A DNA stretch of 64,000 bases from Octopus vulgaris. Its lineage: Eukaryota. Below the pieces are notes generated by a model. The model did no database searches, had not been told where the DNA came from, and was given only the letters and a program-made list of their open reading frames with translations. How positions within the stretch are numbered: position 1 is the first letter of the stretch; each line of letters starts with the position of its first letter. Shown piece by piece: positions 26,405 through 40,495 of the stretch. The stretch covers positions 95,046,001-95,110,000 of the forward strand of contig OX597815.1 of NCBI GenBank assembly GCA_951406725.2, given 5' to 3'. The translations under genes and the position numbers were made by a program.

Positions 26405-27175
26405 ATGTAACCACATGTGAATCGGTGGCGATTTTTTTTCCTCCGCCTTCATTTTCTCTTGGACTTTTCTTTATCTCCTGTTTCTGAATGAGTGGTTTGC
26501 TCGAAACGTAAAACTAGCTTTCTTTCCTTCCCTGAACGTCTGCTGATAATTTGCATGTGCCACGTCCTCTCGTTATTTTTTCTTGTTTGTTCTTCGTTTT
26601 TTTCTCTTCATGCTCACTTTCCCTCCTCTTTTCACTTCACTGTATCCCTGTCATTTTTTCTCGCCCCTCCTTATTTCTTCTGTCCCTCTGCCTCTACCTC
26701 TCTCTCTTCTCTCCCCACGTGACGGGTGTTCGGCCAAGCCTCACCTTTCTTTCTTGGTTCGGCCGCCGTCCCTGCGACATCTATATTCCTCCCTGTGCCT
26801 GAGAAATCTTGTATTCCTGCCGTAAGGCTTTCCTTCCGCACACACCAGATTAATTTAATTCGTCCTTAGTCGGAAGACACCTGTTGTTATGTCCTGTTAT
26901 TTGTATTTATGTAACATTCTCAGTTTTTTCCGTCCTTGTTTCTTCCAAGGAATCTAATGCTCTTAGATTAGTTTTTCTTTGGGGCTGGCCAGATTGGAAC
27001 AATCTCGAGTATAACCAGCCGAAATTGCAAAGATAGTCTGGAACTCGACTGAGGAAAGAAAACACCAAATGACCCTTCCTTGTTTTCTTTGTATTGTCTA
27101 CATGGATGTTTTGTTGACCTTTTTTGTATCACCTAACTGTCTGGATGTTTTGCGCTCCTGTCCCATTTTGCATCA
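26405..27175 (+). mobile_element. PLE-like non-coding repeat with a degenerate hammerhead motif at 26480-26514
   Basis: gttt-CTGAAT-GAGT(ggttt)GCTC-GAAA-CG-TA-aaac. The first part is homologous to 13620-13802. Ends in (TA)n. Confidence 0.5.
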
Positions 27176-30100
27176 TATATATATATATATATATGCATAT
27201 GTATAGAAGATGCTAAAAACAAAAATTCTTCTTACATATTATCTTAAATTTTAAATAAACTCATTTTGGATGGATAATTTCATTTAACAGATATGAGCAA
27301 ATATGTTTATCTGGAATTTGTATATTTAACGGGATTCTATATCTTTTCCTCTTTTTATTTCAAAGAACGACATTCTATACATATCAAGTGAATACAATTC
27401 ACTTTCTATATTGTTCAAGTTGTATTAACTCAAATGTAGCTTGTTTTGCTGGAAACATTTTGATGTTTTTTACATCTCATATAGAAAATAGGTTTTGGGA
27501 GATTCAACTAAGTGTCAGATGGTGCAATGAACTCTGAATGATGTCCCCTAACAGATTTCTCATTTTGTAGAAAAGGTTTCATTGTTAGATAGACCTCAAT
27601 TAAATTTTAGGGCATGTGTGTAATTGCCTTTTGCACTTCCAGTAAACAATGGAAAATAAAATTAACAATCTACTTGTATAATCTTCATCTCTCTAATTGA
27701 AGACTTGATCTTCGTTTAGACTTCTAAACAGTCAATGCATTAAATATGGTTTCATACACTCAGCCGACCTATTGTTCACTGAATTGGGAAATAATTAATG
27801 CTCACTGGACTATAAAATAATGCTTAATGAGATTGAGATTACTAATTAGATTATTAAATGTTATTAAGCATAAGCAGTTGGAGAATATAAAACATACATT
27901 ATGGTGTTCGCTCTGAAATATACAGAACATGTATTTCAAGTATATGTACATGAATATTCAAATGCATGAATAAATAATTTTCTTTTGATTTGTATATTGG
28001 TTACCAAATAATTTAGTAACTAATAAATTGATCAATAAATATATATTGTTGCAAAATATATCAGAGGGAGCAACGATATTATGGTCTTTGCCCTTGCAAT
28101 GAACCAATGGAAGGTCTGTCTAAAAATGTGTACCTATTGTTCACAAATTACAATATAACAAACTTATTACTCATCTCCATGAAACTTAACCACCACCCAA
28201 CCTTAATATTTTACCAAAGATATGATTTAAGTTGAAGATATCAGGTGAGTAAAACAATTATATAGCGATATATAATGTTGCAGATTGTTGCAGCAGTCAA
28301 ATACCGCTTTAACAAGGTACTGATTCACATTCATATTGATTGGATCAGCCAGTGATTTAAGTCTTAAACATAGGTACGTCACAAAAAATCGAAGGACACG
28401 TAATCGATCTGTTTGTCGATTTAACCAGCTGCGCCTCGATTAACTAATAAAACACAAAGTTATGTTATTGCATTTCTCTCTGTTAAACACACACAAACGA
28501 TTGATTCAGAAGAAACTTACATGAGGCATTGAACTTGATATCGATTGATGAAGACTAAATAAATATTTGGATTTCATTTACTTCCATCATTTCAATGTTA
28601 CTTTTAGTGAAGACTAATTTTCAAGATGCCGAAACAGCTTTGGTAATTTTTCATGTAAAGTTTGTCGTACAACCACCAAGTTAATGAATCCGCATATCAA
28701 ATTGACACATTTCTTGCAGTACCTAAAATACGACATGTGTAATCAATATTCATGCAATTAATATTAACAAAATAAGACTTCTTGATTCACAGGACTGGCT
28801 GTTAGAATTAGATATAAGGCCAGTTTGAAAATATATGCAGTCGCCATTATACTTAGAAATAAGACGACAAGAATATTTGTGTAACTTATGAAACCTTAGA
28901 TTAATGTATTTATACAAGCTCGCCTATGAGATTGAGATGTATTACAATGTTCATGCATTTCTTGCAGATAGTTTTTATTTGAAATGCTTATAACTACAAA
29001 TTGAAAAAAAGAAAATGAATCTTTGAACGGATATAATATATATTAACTGAACTTTGCAGGGAACTAGTGAAGTTAACAACAACCATCTTCGGAGGATAGG
29101 AAATATACGCCATTACTTAAAAATTTGAAATTATTTATCCATTTGTTGACAACTTATCACCGGTGGTCTGTATTCACTTTTACTAATGAAACTTTTGAAT
29201 AAAATTATGTACATATTTTTCTCAAATTATGGTGCACTGCTTACTTCATGAAATCGAGACATATAGGCATACAATATCTATTCAACTAGAGAATGTTCGT
29301 TGATGTTTAATGTTTCCATGTTTCCATATATAAGTAACCAGAAAAGCTGTTACCTGTAATAAAGAAAAAATAAATCCTTTATCTTATCTGATTGTGTTAT
29401 TCAAATTCCAAATCAATATTTCCTTTCCAAATAGTCGGTATTAGATGCGTAGTAGGTAGCATTGTAAATAGTATCTGCTCACTGATCGATCAACTCTCAT
29501 TCCTGTTATATCGATAAAAAAATGAAAAGCACAAAAATATAATAGAAGAATATACAAATCAGTTGTAAAGTAAGACAAGATCCAAATTTGAGCAACATTT
29601 ATCCAAAAAGATATACGAAGGACAGCAATTTCTAGTAGCAAGTTATGATTAACAGTATTGATTTCAAATTTTGGCAAGACGCCAGCAATATTTGGGGAGG
29701 GGTAAGTTTGTTATACCGACCCCAGTGTTAGACTTGTACTTATTTTATTGACTCGGAAATGAGGTAAAGCAAAGTCAGCCTTGTGTTTCAACCGTAGCTG
29801 TAAGTGACGAAGCTTGATAATAAAAGCGATGTCTTTTATGTTGTTTTTCTTGTTGATGGAAACCCCGGGTAAGTCTGTTGAAGTAGTCATTGATATTCTC
29901 AGTTGGTACACTTAAATACGTCTTTCGTTTTAACCTGGCTCTTTGTTGGTTTCACTGGAGATTGTAAATATTTGGCCAAGGACACAGAACTGATGATAAC
30001 ATCCTTTTTACACACAAGGATCGAGCCCTTACAAAGGATCATAGGCGCTGCTATATATCCACTGTTCAAGTGACAAAAATATAAGTGCAGATGATAATAC

Positions 30101-30556
30101 TCACGTTTAGACATAAATACGCACAGGAATATAAATATAGTCTTCGAAAATCACGTACCATGTTTAATCAGAGATTAAACATGGTTCAATCGATCAGTAG
30201 CGACAATTTTCAATCATGTTTATTGCACACACCTAATGTTATAATTTCTTACGCAGAATGTGAAAGTATTAATACTCAATTAATTGTAGATGTCAATTAG
30301 ATTATCCGTCTCTGGTCTCTCACCGTTCCAAATAAACATTAATTATTAGTGTTTCTCATATGTTTATTTACTGAGAGAAATTGTAATAGCTACAAGCAAA
30401 ATCACTATTACTTTATTCTCAATATTTATCAGTCTCATTGAGATTGGAAAAAACAACAAAAGATTAACTTAGTTTAAACAACGACTGTATGACATATTTT
30501 CTTTGCTTGATTGTTCCCTCACACAAACACACTCATGCACACACAGATATGTAAAC

Positions 30557-30636
<80 letters not shown>

Positions 30637-30698
30637 GAGACATTTTACAGCTAAATACTGATATACTGAAAGGAATGTACAGTCGAAAGAGTAAGCGA

Positions 30699-30741
<43 letters not shown>

Positions 30742-31429
30742 GACTTTATCTATTTAATTTTCTGCGCTGAATAACAACAGAGAGTTCCGTGCTGAATAAC
30801 AACATGGATGTGTTACACCAGGCTCTCCATTCAAAGACAAATCTAATCTAATAACGTCGGTGGAATGAGATAGAGGGACCTGTGGAAGACTTGAAGGAAG
30901 AGGCCTTTTAACGAAAATAATTACAAAAACAAAATCTTACTGCCATACGAAGCAGTTTCTCCTATGCACGATGTCTCAGTGAAATCTGTGCGAAACACAC
31001 ACGCGAAATCAAGAGGGGGTAATGTTTACAAATTATAAAATGTAAATGGAACAAAACAGTAAGTATGTAAATTGATTAATTACGCATACACTCGAATGTC
31101 AAAACAATCATATATACATTTTAATACCCATAAGACTACACATACATCCCAGTGTTTACACAACTACGTATAATTTACAGGACACACATATGAAAACACG
31201 TATCACAAACGAAGCAAAGAAATACTAAAAAACAAGACCAAACAATTTTTTTTATTTTGGAACCAACATTGACAGAGTGAACAATTCATAAATTTAAAAA
31301 TACCACAAAAACTATGCCCGGAGATAAATCTTTCAACAAAAACATACAGACGAATACAGATCTTTTAGCCTTAAGAAGCAACGTTACGAGCAATGTTTTC
31401 ATTCACAGAACTCGGAGGCGGTGTTGTCT

Positions 31430-32643
31430 CAAAAAATTAACCCTAAACAGATAGATCCATCCCCTAATGTCATCGTCCAAGCTCGTCATACCTCAATGAT
31501 AACAAAGCAAAATACAAACCAGATCGGCTGTCACCCGGATCACCGAGTGCCGCGTAGACGAGCGGTGAACAATATTAGATGAAAAAATCAGCTACTGGTC
31601 CAAATCTTTCCGAGACACAGGAGCTGGAAGTGCCCCACAACCGGAATATTCCAGCAGATTGCCATCCATGCTCATCATCAAATAACCAAAAGGAAAAAAT
31701 AAAAATGGCCTAGCAGAGATAATAAAGGAGTTCTTAAGGCCTTTTATCGTGTCATGTATTTCCCCACAAATAAATCGAATACTGAACAAACCTGCTTAAA
31801 CTGGAGACAGAAACACCTTGAAGTAAGACCCTACATAGACAGTGACAAACGTGCTAATGTCAGAAGAAACATTGTGAAAAAGAAATTATTAACTCAATTG
31901 ACCAAATTAACCAATCAGTTGCAGCGAAAGATGATACTACGGAGGAAATAATTAGAGATCAACCCAGGTCTAATGAAAATGCAATAATGATTGAAAGAGT
32001 TAACGTAGCTGACAAGCAAAGTGAAATCCTCTCCGTGCCAACCATAAACACTAAGGCAGATTAAAATCAAATAGAGGGAAAATTCACACAGAAATCGATC
32101 CAACAGATCTAAAATATCAAATCATGATTGAATGGCTGAAAATTAAAGAAACCATTATGAATGAACGCGACACTCTCCCAAAAAATTCGCAATTCTAACC
32201 AAAACCTGAAAATAATTGAAATCCGCCTTGCACTTAAGGATATAATTTCAGCAAATGATGTTGATATTACAGATCTCAACCACCTGTACTAGGATTCCGC
32301 GAAAATCTCAACGATTCTATGTGGTAAAAAGATTAGAAAACGACGACATTCCCACAAGAAGCCTACTTGGCACGAGCGTATTCAACACCAAATTCAGCTA
32401 CTTAGGTCTAACATAGAATGTTTAAAAAACTTTAAGTTTGACAAGGCTATCAAACGAACAAAAAGCTGAAAATTAAAGAAAAATGTATGAAAACCATGCT
32501 TGACATCGATACTACCATAGAAAACATCAAGCAAAAGGTATCTGCTAAAGCTGTCCACATAGCATGAACTTCTAACTTGTTGTCTCTTGAGGTCTCTGGG
32601 TGAGATTTGGAGTCAACTTGTACAAATACAAGGCAAAAGTCAA

Positions 32644-32649
<6 letters not shown>
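31430..32649 (+). mobile_element. Decayed R4/Dong-like element: N-terminal ORF remnant joined to a probable 3' UTR
   Basis: Fragments WRQKH...RANVRRNIVKKKLL and KPTWHERIQHQIQLLRSNI resemble R4-clade N-termini. The segment runs straight into (TAA)n. Boundaries are approximate. Confidence 0.5.
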
Positions 32650-32711
<62 letters not shown>

Positions 32712-32794
32712 TAATAATAATGATAATAATAATGATAATAATAATGATAATGATAATAATAATGATAATAATAATGATAATGATAATAATAATG

Positions 32795-32838
<44 letters not shown>

Positions 32839-32967
32839 TATAATAATAATGATAATAATAATGATAATAATAATGATAATAATAATGATAATGATAATAA
32901 TAATGATAATAATAATGATAATGATAATAATAATGATAATAATAATGATAATGATAATAATAATAAT
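32650..32967. repeat. (AAT)n/(GAT) compound microsatellite
   Basis: Seen directly. It is the source of the poly-I/N/Y ORFs. Confidence 0.95.
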
Positions 32968-34322
32968 AAAGCAAGAACAAACATACAAATATTTAGGGAT
33001 AAATGAAGGCTCTGGTATTCAGCATGCAAGCATGAAAGAGAAGATCAGGAAGGAATGTTGTAGGAGAGTTCGTGCAGTCCTGAAATCTGAACTAAATGCA
33101 CGTAACAAGGTGTTAGCTATAAATTCCTTAGCAGTTCCAGTTGTTACTTATAGCTACAATGTGTTGAACTGGAATATGAGTGAAGTAAAGAATATAGATA
33201 GGAAAATACGCAAGCTGCTGAGTTGTAATAGGATGCACCACCCAAAGGCAGACGTAGATCGCCTTTACCTTCCCAGAGCCCAAGGAGGTCGAGGCCTGAT
33301 CCAATTTGAACTAGCTTACAAAACAACCACAATTGGACTGGCCAAATATCTCGAAATATCGAATGACTGGATGCTAAAGCTCGTGGAAAATCACGAGAGA
33401 CGAAAGAAGCTTCATTCTATCAAAAAGGAAAGCAAAAAATTTGCTATTGATCTCGTGCAGGATACTCAAACTGAACAACCCGAGGGAAGTACGGCAACTA
33501 TTGTTGCAAAGAAGGTGAAAATGATGGCAATGAAAAAAGCGCACGAGCAATTGGCTGATAGGTGGGAGGAGAAACCTCTGCACGGCAAATATGTGACCCG
33601 CAGCAAACAAGCTGATGTTGACCTGAAGCAAACCCATCAGTGGCTACGGAGCTCAGGGCTAAAAGCAGAGAGCGAAGGTTTCATCGTGGCTGCTCAAGAT
33701 TAAAGCCTATTAACCCGGAACTACCAGGCCAATGTGATGAAAAATGGAGCAGACCCAAAATGCCGATTCTGCAACGACATGATTGAAACAGTGGACCACC
33801 TAATCTCTGGATGTAAAGTCTTAGCACCAGTGGAGTATAAATTAAGACATGACAGAGTTGGCCAATATCTCCACTGGCTAATAAGTCGGCATTACAATAT
33901 CAAAACTGCCGACAAGTGGTATAATCACCACCCTGAGGCTGTAACTGAAGGAGAAAATGTAACCATTCTGTGGGACTTTCCAGTACATACAGACCATCAA
34001 GGCCAATAAACCAGATATTGTTGTGAAAGACCAAAACAATAAAGTTTGCTCATTGATCGACATGAGCATCCCCTGTGATCATAATATCTCAGCGAAAGAG
34101 TTTGACAAGCTCAGAACATATAAAGACCTACTCATTGAAATTGAGAAAATGTGGCATCTCAAGGCGGTTACAATACCAGTGATCGTAGGAGCACTAGGAA
34201 TGATCAAGAAGGGAACCGAAAATTATATGAGAATGATCCCTGGCTTACCATCCCTGCAAGAAGTGCAAAAGATTGTCTTAACTGGTACATCACACGTATT
34301 GAGAAGAGCATTGTCGATGTGA
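32968..34322 (+). pseudogene. R4/Dong ORF C-terminal half (RT thumb, CCHC knuckle, RLE)
   Basis: YKYLG, HPKADVDRLYLPRAQGGRGL, LHGKY, AAQD, CRFC...ETVDHLISGC, RHD, ILWDF, KPDIV...LIDMSIP and PVIVGALG. In-frame stop at 33701-33703 and a frameshift near 33990. Confidence 0.92.
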
Positions 34323-34497
34323 GAACTGTTGCTGCTCATGTATTTTAATTTAACTTAAAAAAAAAAAAAAAGAACGAACTATTGAGTTTGGTTTAATGGC
34401 CTACCAATGTATACTATGGGTTTCTTTGCCCTAGGAGTCGGGAAGACACTCGGCAAGAAATGGAAGCAAATTTGAAAGAAGAAAAAAAAAAAAAAAA
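32968..34497 (+). mobile_element. 5'-truncated R4/Dong-clade LINE with restriction-like endonuclease, inserted in (TAA)n
   Basis: Coding remnant, 3' UTR and poly(A) at 34482-34497, then (TAA)n. Confidence 0.92.
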
Positions 34498-34509
34498 TAA
34501 TAATAATAA

Positions 34510-35065
34510 ATGCCCTGATGCAGAACCAGGCAGTGGCTCTCATGGCATCTGATATTAACTGATTGAAAGTGTTATCATGTACATTGTTTTGTCTTGGTAT
34601 AAAAGATGGGCTACAGCAAATATTCTGCTCAATACTACAGATTTGCTTGTCAGTTGTTTGACCTTAACCAGTTGAGCATGTCCCTTAGTGGCTGACGATA
34701 TGTGCATCTCTGATCACGAGCAGAAGTAGTGGGGGAGCATCATAGCCATGTGGTGAGAGGGATTCTTTGGGGTTTGAATAATTCGCCTCTGGAAATATGG
34801 GTGGTTCTTTCAACATCCTTAAACAACCCTTATTCAGGGACCTTTTGAGCGGGATGGGCTACTCAACCTGAAGAAAATTCTAACTGGGCCCCACCTGCAA
34901 GGTCATGCGCTGTTTATCTTGATATGATATCACCATGTCGCGCACACATGGTTGTGATGCATGTGCCTAGTGCACCCTTATCAGACGGGTAGTCATGATG
35001 GGTATATTGGGCTTCGTATATTTTACCCCAGTGTCACTTTGATGGCATGCACTGCTCTCTCACTC
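34510..35065 (+). mobile_element. Non-coding interspersed repeat between (TAA)n tracts, probably a Dong-related 3' UTR or non-autonomous element
   Basis: Bounded on both sides by (TAA)n. Part of it recurs at 37436-37493. Confidence 0.55.
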
Positions 35066-35169
35066 AATAATGATAATAATAATAATAATAATAATAAGAA
35101 TTATAATAATAATAATAATAATAATAATATTAATAATGATAATAATAATAATAATAATAATAATAATTA

Positions 35170-35266
<97 letters not shown>

Positions 35267-35300
35267 TATAACAATAATTATAATAATAATAATAAAATAA
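35066..35300. repeat. (AAT)n microsatellite
   Basis: Seen directly. Confidence 0.95.
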
Positions 35301-35319
35301 TAGTCAAGACGACGAAGAG

Positions 35320-37435
35320 CGCGATTCGATTGTAAGTTATTTTATTGAACGATATTTCAGCAGTATGTCTGTCTTTGTCAAGTTCAAAATAAGAAGCGAT
35401 AAAAATTCAGAATTTAAACGTAAAGTATGAACGAGAGCAAGTAGCGTCCCCACGTTGATGGAATGACATCATGAGTTTTTAAGTCTTTAACAGGCGAAAA
35501 GAAAGAAAATAACAGAAAAAAGAAGACGACAGAAAAAAGGAAAGAAAAAGAGAGAAAGAAAAATATTTAATCAAACAGCTTTGTATAAACTTGATGATAT
35601 TCTGTCATCTTATTCATTCCTCCAGGGCGTGATGTTAATAACCTGCAAACATATTTCTCCTCATACATTCTGAGAAGTGAAAGTGAAGTAGATTCAGAAT
35701 ATTTTCTGAGAATATGCACTTTCAAGTCTTCTTCAAAATTGCAACCGCTTGAAACGAAATGTTCAGCAAGTTCTGTCGAATTACTGTTATTGTGCCTGTC
35801 GTCGATTCTGTACCCATTAAACCTTTTGTTTGATTGTTCTGTTGTGCAACCAACATAAATTAAGTTGTTTCGTGCATTCTGCAGCGTACACCATATAGGA
35901 ATCTTTACATGTTCCACCTTCTGTATAAATCATAACATTTCTGCTATGATTTCTGATGGAGTTCACTTCACTCATGTTGTTGCCCAATGAACAGGGCTTA
36001 CCTCTCTTGCGGCTGTTCTTTAAGGTACAGCGTGTAGATACTCCAATGTTCGTTTTCTTGGAGTCAGATATAGAGGTCAATAATTCTCTTATATTCTTAT
36101 TCCGTCTAAAGGCTACAATAGGCGGCTGAGGAAATATCTGTTTGAAACGAGGATATTTTATCGCCACATGCTGGTAACTTTCATGCAACACTTTTGAAAT
36201 GCCAGCGAAATGTCGGTGCCAGTTAATCACTGAAGGAATTCTGTCTTCTATTGTATTGTGTTTGCTAAAATTATGCATATAGGTTTGACCATCTTTGCCA
36301 ATCTTAGCTATTTAATTTGCTATTTCCTTTTATCGTGATTCACTGTAATCGCGTTTGACAAAATGACATACAAAAGCATTTGCATGTTTCCAGTAATCCC
36401 CTATGTCAGTACAAATGCATTTTATCCTCAAAAATTGGGATTTCAGATTTGACCGAATAAGATGATGTGGATGATCGGAGCGGCAGTAGAGATAAGTGTG
36501 GGATAACGTGGGCTTGCAAAATAATTCTGTCTTTATTCTGCCTCCAGAAAACCTGACTTTTGTGTCCGAAAATTCAACGCTAGTTTTGGAAAAACTAGAC
36601 GTAAATTTTATGTTGGACTTAAAGCCATAGTTTCTAGGATAACAGTCACAGAAATGCAAGAAGTCCATTAAACTATCCTGTGATACTTCCCAGTAAAAAA
36701 ATACATCGTCAATGAACCGTAATCAGAGTTTTGGTTCATGACCATGAAGGGATTTGAATGTCTTCAGTAAGTGTGACTCGAATTTCGTCATGAAGACGTT
36801 TTCAAAATTAACTGCCATGGGGGTACCCATGCCGCAACCCTTCGTCAGGTGGTAAAATCTTTGTCTAAACTTCATTGTGTTACTTTCTAAAACGAACCTC
36901 AATAATCTACAGAGAAAATTTGATGGAATACTTTTGTTTGACCGCTTTTCGAAGGCATCCTTGCATGCTTCTACCCCCTCATTGTGGTTAATATTGTTAT
37001 ATATGGAAGAAACTTCCATGGTTACCAAAAAAAAGTTCTCAATATGGCCTCGGCGCTTGAAAAAGTTATTGATTTTAGATACAAAATCAAACGTATCCCG
37101 AATATAGGAACTTTATCGTTTTGCGGCGGGGAGTATAAAGCCATCCAGCCATTCCGAAATTTTGGCCGTGCAACGTTCATATCCGCTGCAAATTGGGCGT
37201 ATTGGAGGAAATCTTTCGAACTTTTTGTGTATTTTAGGGAGACCATAAAATACAGGTGTTCTTCTTTCTGGCCTTAACACCTTAGATTCAGCCTTATTAA
37301 CGAAATTGTTTTCCTCCATTTCCAGAATTATTTTGTCAAGCTCCTCTCTGTAATTGGAGTTTGGATCGACAGGTAATTCTTCAAATGAAGTTTTGTCATG
37401 TAAAACTTCACAAGCCGAAATATACTCACTTTTGT
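35320..37435 (-). mobile_element. Second Penelope-like element, 5'-truncated and multiply frameshifted
   Basis: PVFYGLPKIHK..RPICSG, GCGMGTPMAVNF, RFIDDVF, SDHPHH and the GIY-YIG motifs MVYAAEC/LIYVGCT, ELAEHF and PGGMN (ORFs 35567-37319). Confidence 0.9.
35345..35387 (-). ncRNA. Minimal hammerhead ribozyme, U3/A8 variant, at the 3' end of the second PLE
   Basis: Minus strand: TTGAAC-TTGACAA-AGACAG(acata)CTGCT-GAAA-TA-TC-GTTCAA, with a perfect 6-bp stem I. Confidence 0.72.
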
Positions 37436-38562
37436 AGATGGGCTACAGCAAATATTCTGCTCAAGACCACAGATTTGCTTGTCAGTTGTTTGAGAAAAGA
37501 CTGTATTAAATGAGAGACGGTATTAAAATGCTTATTTTCCCAAAATGGCTTCCAGTCATCTACGGTTAGTGATACGATAAAAAACACTTTAATATGACGT
37601 CCTTATTTGTGAGTGAAGAGACAAACAATAATTACTACAATAACGCTTATGAGACTGGATTCTCAAGTAAAGATCACTGGTACGGCAAATGCCCCTCTAT
37701 GGAGCAGGATTTCCCAGTTTATTATTCAACTACTGCAACAAAGATAAGGAAAAGCTGGTTGCAAAAAGAGAAGAGGACTATAAGGAGCAAGTTTGCCAAA
37801 ATAAGATACAAAGATAGGTGTAAAATAAGGATAAATAATGACATTTTTCTTGTCAGAGACAAAATGGCTTCTGGATCATAAAACTAACCATGAAAACACC
37901 AATACTGTTGGTGCTGGAACAGATCTCCAAAACAATGAATGATGCATCATAGAAGCTGAAAAGCAAAAGAAAGGCCACAGAAAGGCCACAAACCACCAGA
38001 AGAAACGGTGCAATTAAGGGAGACATTACCCAGGCAAGTAAAGGCCAAAACCTTAGTTATCGATAAATAGTCGGATTTTATTTTTATTCGTGTCGTATGA
38101 AGCCTCCAGTATATCACTCAGCTTCAATATTTATCCCTCTAAAATATTCTCCAAAATATTGTTCATCAAACATTTTATGGACAACATTTCCTCTCTTATT
38201 ATATAAGCATAAATTTTAATTTAGCAGCATTTGAATTCACTTTAATACTTAATTCGTTTTGATAACACTTTCGTTTACAATATTCTGTTGAAATCAATAA
38301 ATAAAGTTTTCAGTATTTTTTTTAACTGAATATTTCCATATTGAAAAAATCAATGATTCTTCTTGAGATAAAATTTTTTAAAGATTTATAGACTTTCAAT
38401 TTTAGGATATTTTCAAATTTCATCCTTTTTTTCTTTATTCAATTTCTAAAGTCTCTCTTAAGATTTGAAGATTTCATTTTCTTTAATTCATGATGGTAGT
38501 AATGCTTTAATTTATCACTGGATAATATGTCTTTGTGGAAAAAACCATCAATTTACACAAAT

Positions 38563-38602
<40 letters not shown>

Positions 38603-39081
38603 ACGTGTGAGCATATGTGAATGTGGTGTACGTGTGACCGTGTGTATGTGTAAATGTGTGTATGTATTTTTGTATACATGCACGGTGCTCTACAGATTAG
38701 GGTGTCAAACTGACGCTCATATGGTGTGTTTGATTTCTTTGCCGGGTGGCAGCTTGTATCCTCGAACAAATTACGTTTTTACACATTACTTACGTCTACT
38801 CAGATTAAAGTGCGCACTAAATTACCACTGGAACAACTCTGTCTCCCTCTATTCGTTCAATCCTCGAAGTACCGCTTTATGAAGAGGTAACATACCTAGA
38901 AAGTGTCCTATATTAGTTAAAGCCCTACACTGACACCTAAAACAATTAGCGAAAGCGTAGTCCAAGCCATCGAGTGACGATTACACGTAAACAGAAACCC
39001 AGACACGCACGCACACACACACACGCACACACACAAACACAAACTCACTCACACACACACATACACACACACACAGACACA

Positions 39082-39131
<50 letters not shown>

Positions 39132-39225
39132 AAACGAGTTTAGTATTAAGCTACCGAAACTAATTTGCAGGATTATATGTATATGAATGTTTAAGTCAAT
39201 ATATATATTATATATATGTATGTGT

Positions 39226-39496
39226 CGGGCTGCGTGTTGTGTTCTTGAGCAAAACACTTTATTTCACGTTGCTCCAGTTCACTCAGCTGTAGAAATGAGT
39301 TGCGACGTCACTGGTTCCAAGCTGTATCGACCTTTGTCTTTCCCATGGATAACACTGGTGGCGTGGAGAGGGGAGGCCGGTATGCATGGGCGACTGCTGG
39401 TCTTCCATAAACAACCTTGCCCGGACTTGTGCCTAGGAGGGTAACTTTCTAGGTGCAATCCCATGGTCATTCATGACCGAAGGGGGTCTTTACCCT
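39226..39496 (+). mobile_element. SINE family B, 5'-truncated copy
   Basis: Near-identical to 21207-21478. Confidence 0.88.
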
Positions 39497-39518
39497 AATA
39501 TATATCTATCTATCAATG

Positions 39519-39609
<91 letters not shown>

Positions 39610-39616
39610 ATATATA

Positions 39617-40000
39617 GCCGCAGCCGTGGGTTTGTGGTAAGAAGCTTGCTTTCCAAACACGTGATTCTTGGTTCAGTCCCACGGCATGGCACCATGGGCA
39701 AGTATCTTCCACTATCGCCACGGGCCGACCAAGGCCTTGTGATTGGATTTAGTAGTGAAAGAATCCCGTCGTGCGTGTATATATATATATATGTGTGTGT
39801 GTGTGTGCGTGTGTGTATGTGTGCGTGTGTGTATGTGTGCGTGTGTGAGTCTGTGTTTGTCCCCCACCACCATCACTTGACAATGGATGTTGGTTTGTTT
39901 ACGTCCCCGTAAATTAGCGGTTCAGCAAAAGACAGTGATAGAATAAGTCTTATAAAAATAAGTCCTGGGGTTGATTTCTTCGACTAAGGACGATACTCCA
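39617..40000 (+). mobile_element. SINE family A, diverged copy
   Basis: Aligns to 49580-49940, including the internal TA/TG tract. Confidence 0.8.
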
Positions 40001-40495
40001 TTTTACTGCATGAACCCATAGCTAAATCATCTTCTTGTCGATATATATCAGTGTCCATACTGACGTAGGTAGTTTCTACACAGAAGGTCAATATTTCCAT
40101 CAAGTTTCTCATTGGTATACCAGGTGTCTGTCACTGTTTTTCTTGTATCACCGATAGTGCTTCACCAGTTGGAACTTTATCACATCTAGACTCACCATCT
40201 GATTGGATTCAATGGGAGTACCCTTGATCAATTCTGTGAAGTGGGTAGAATTCTTCACATACGATGTTGACTTTCCTGCTAATGGACTGATTATATCCAT
40301 AAGGAAGCGGCTCAGTGGATGACAGGCTGAACCTCTACAGCTTACCATAGGTCTTAACAGAATATCATCCTTGTGAATCTTAGGAAGACCGTACATGTGT
40401 GGTTGTTTACTGTGGTGTTGAGTCAGTTGTCTGTACTTCATTGGTGTAAAGTTTTCCTTGTTCTTCATCAAGATCTGTGACAACTTCCTCTTTTT
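40001..40495 (-). pseudogene. Penelope-like RT fragment (third family)
   Basis: PHMYGLPKIHKDDILLRPMVSCRGSACHPLSRFL...YVKNSTHF...MVSLDV. Confidence 0.85.

Noticed and set aside
32600-33703. 367-aa ORF with a poly-Ile N-terminus
   Set aside because: Chance in-frame fusion of (ATA)n with the truncated Dong ORF. The same applies to (LSIY)n fused to Tx1 at 45215.
38681-38693. 13-mer CACGGTGCTCTAC shared with about 49252-49264
   Set aside because: The match does not extend and is compatible with chance.
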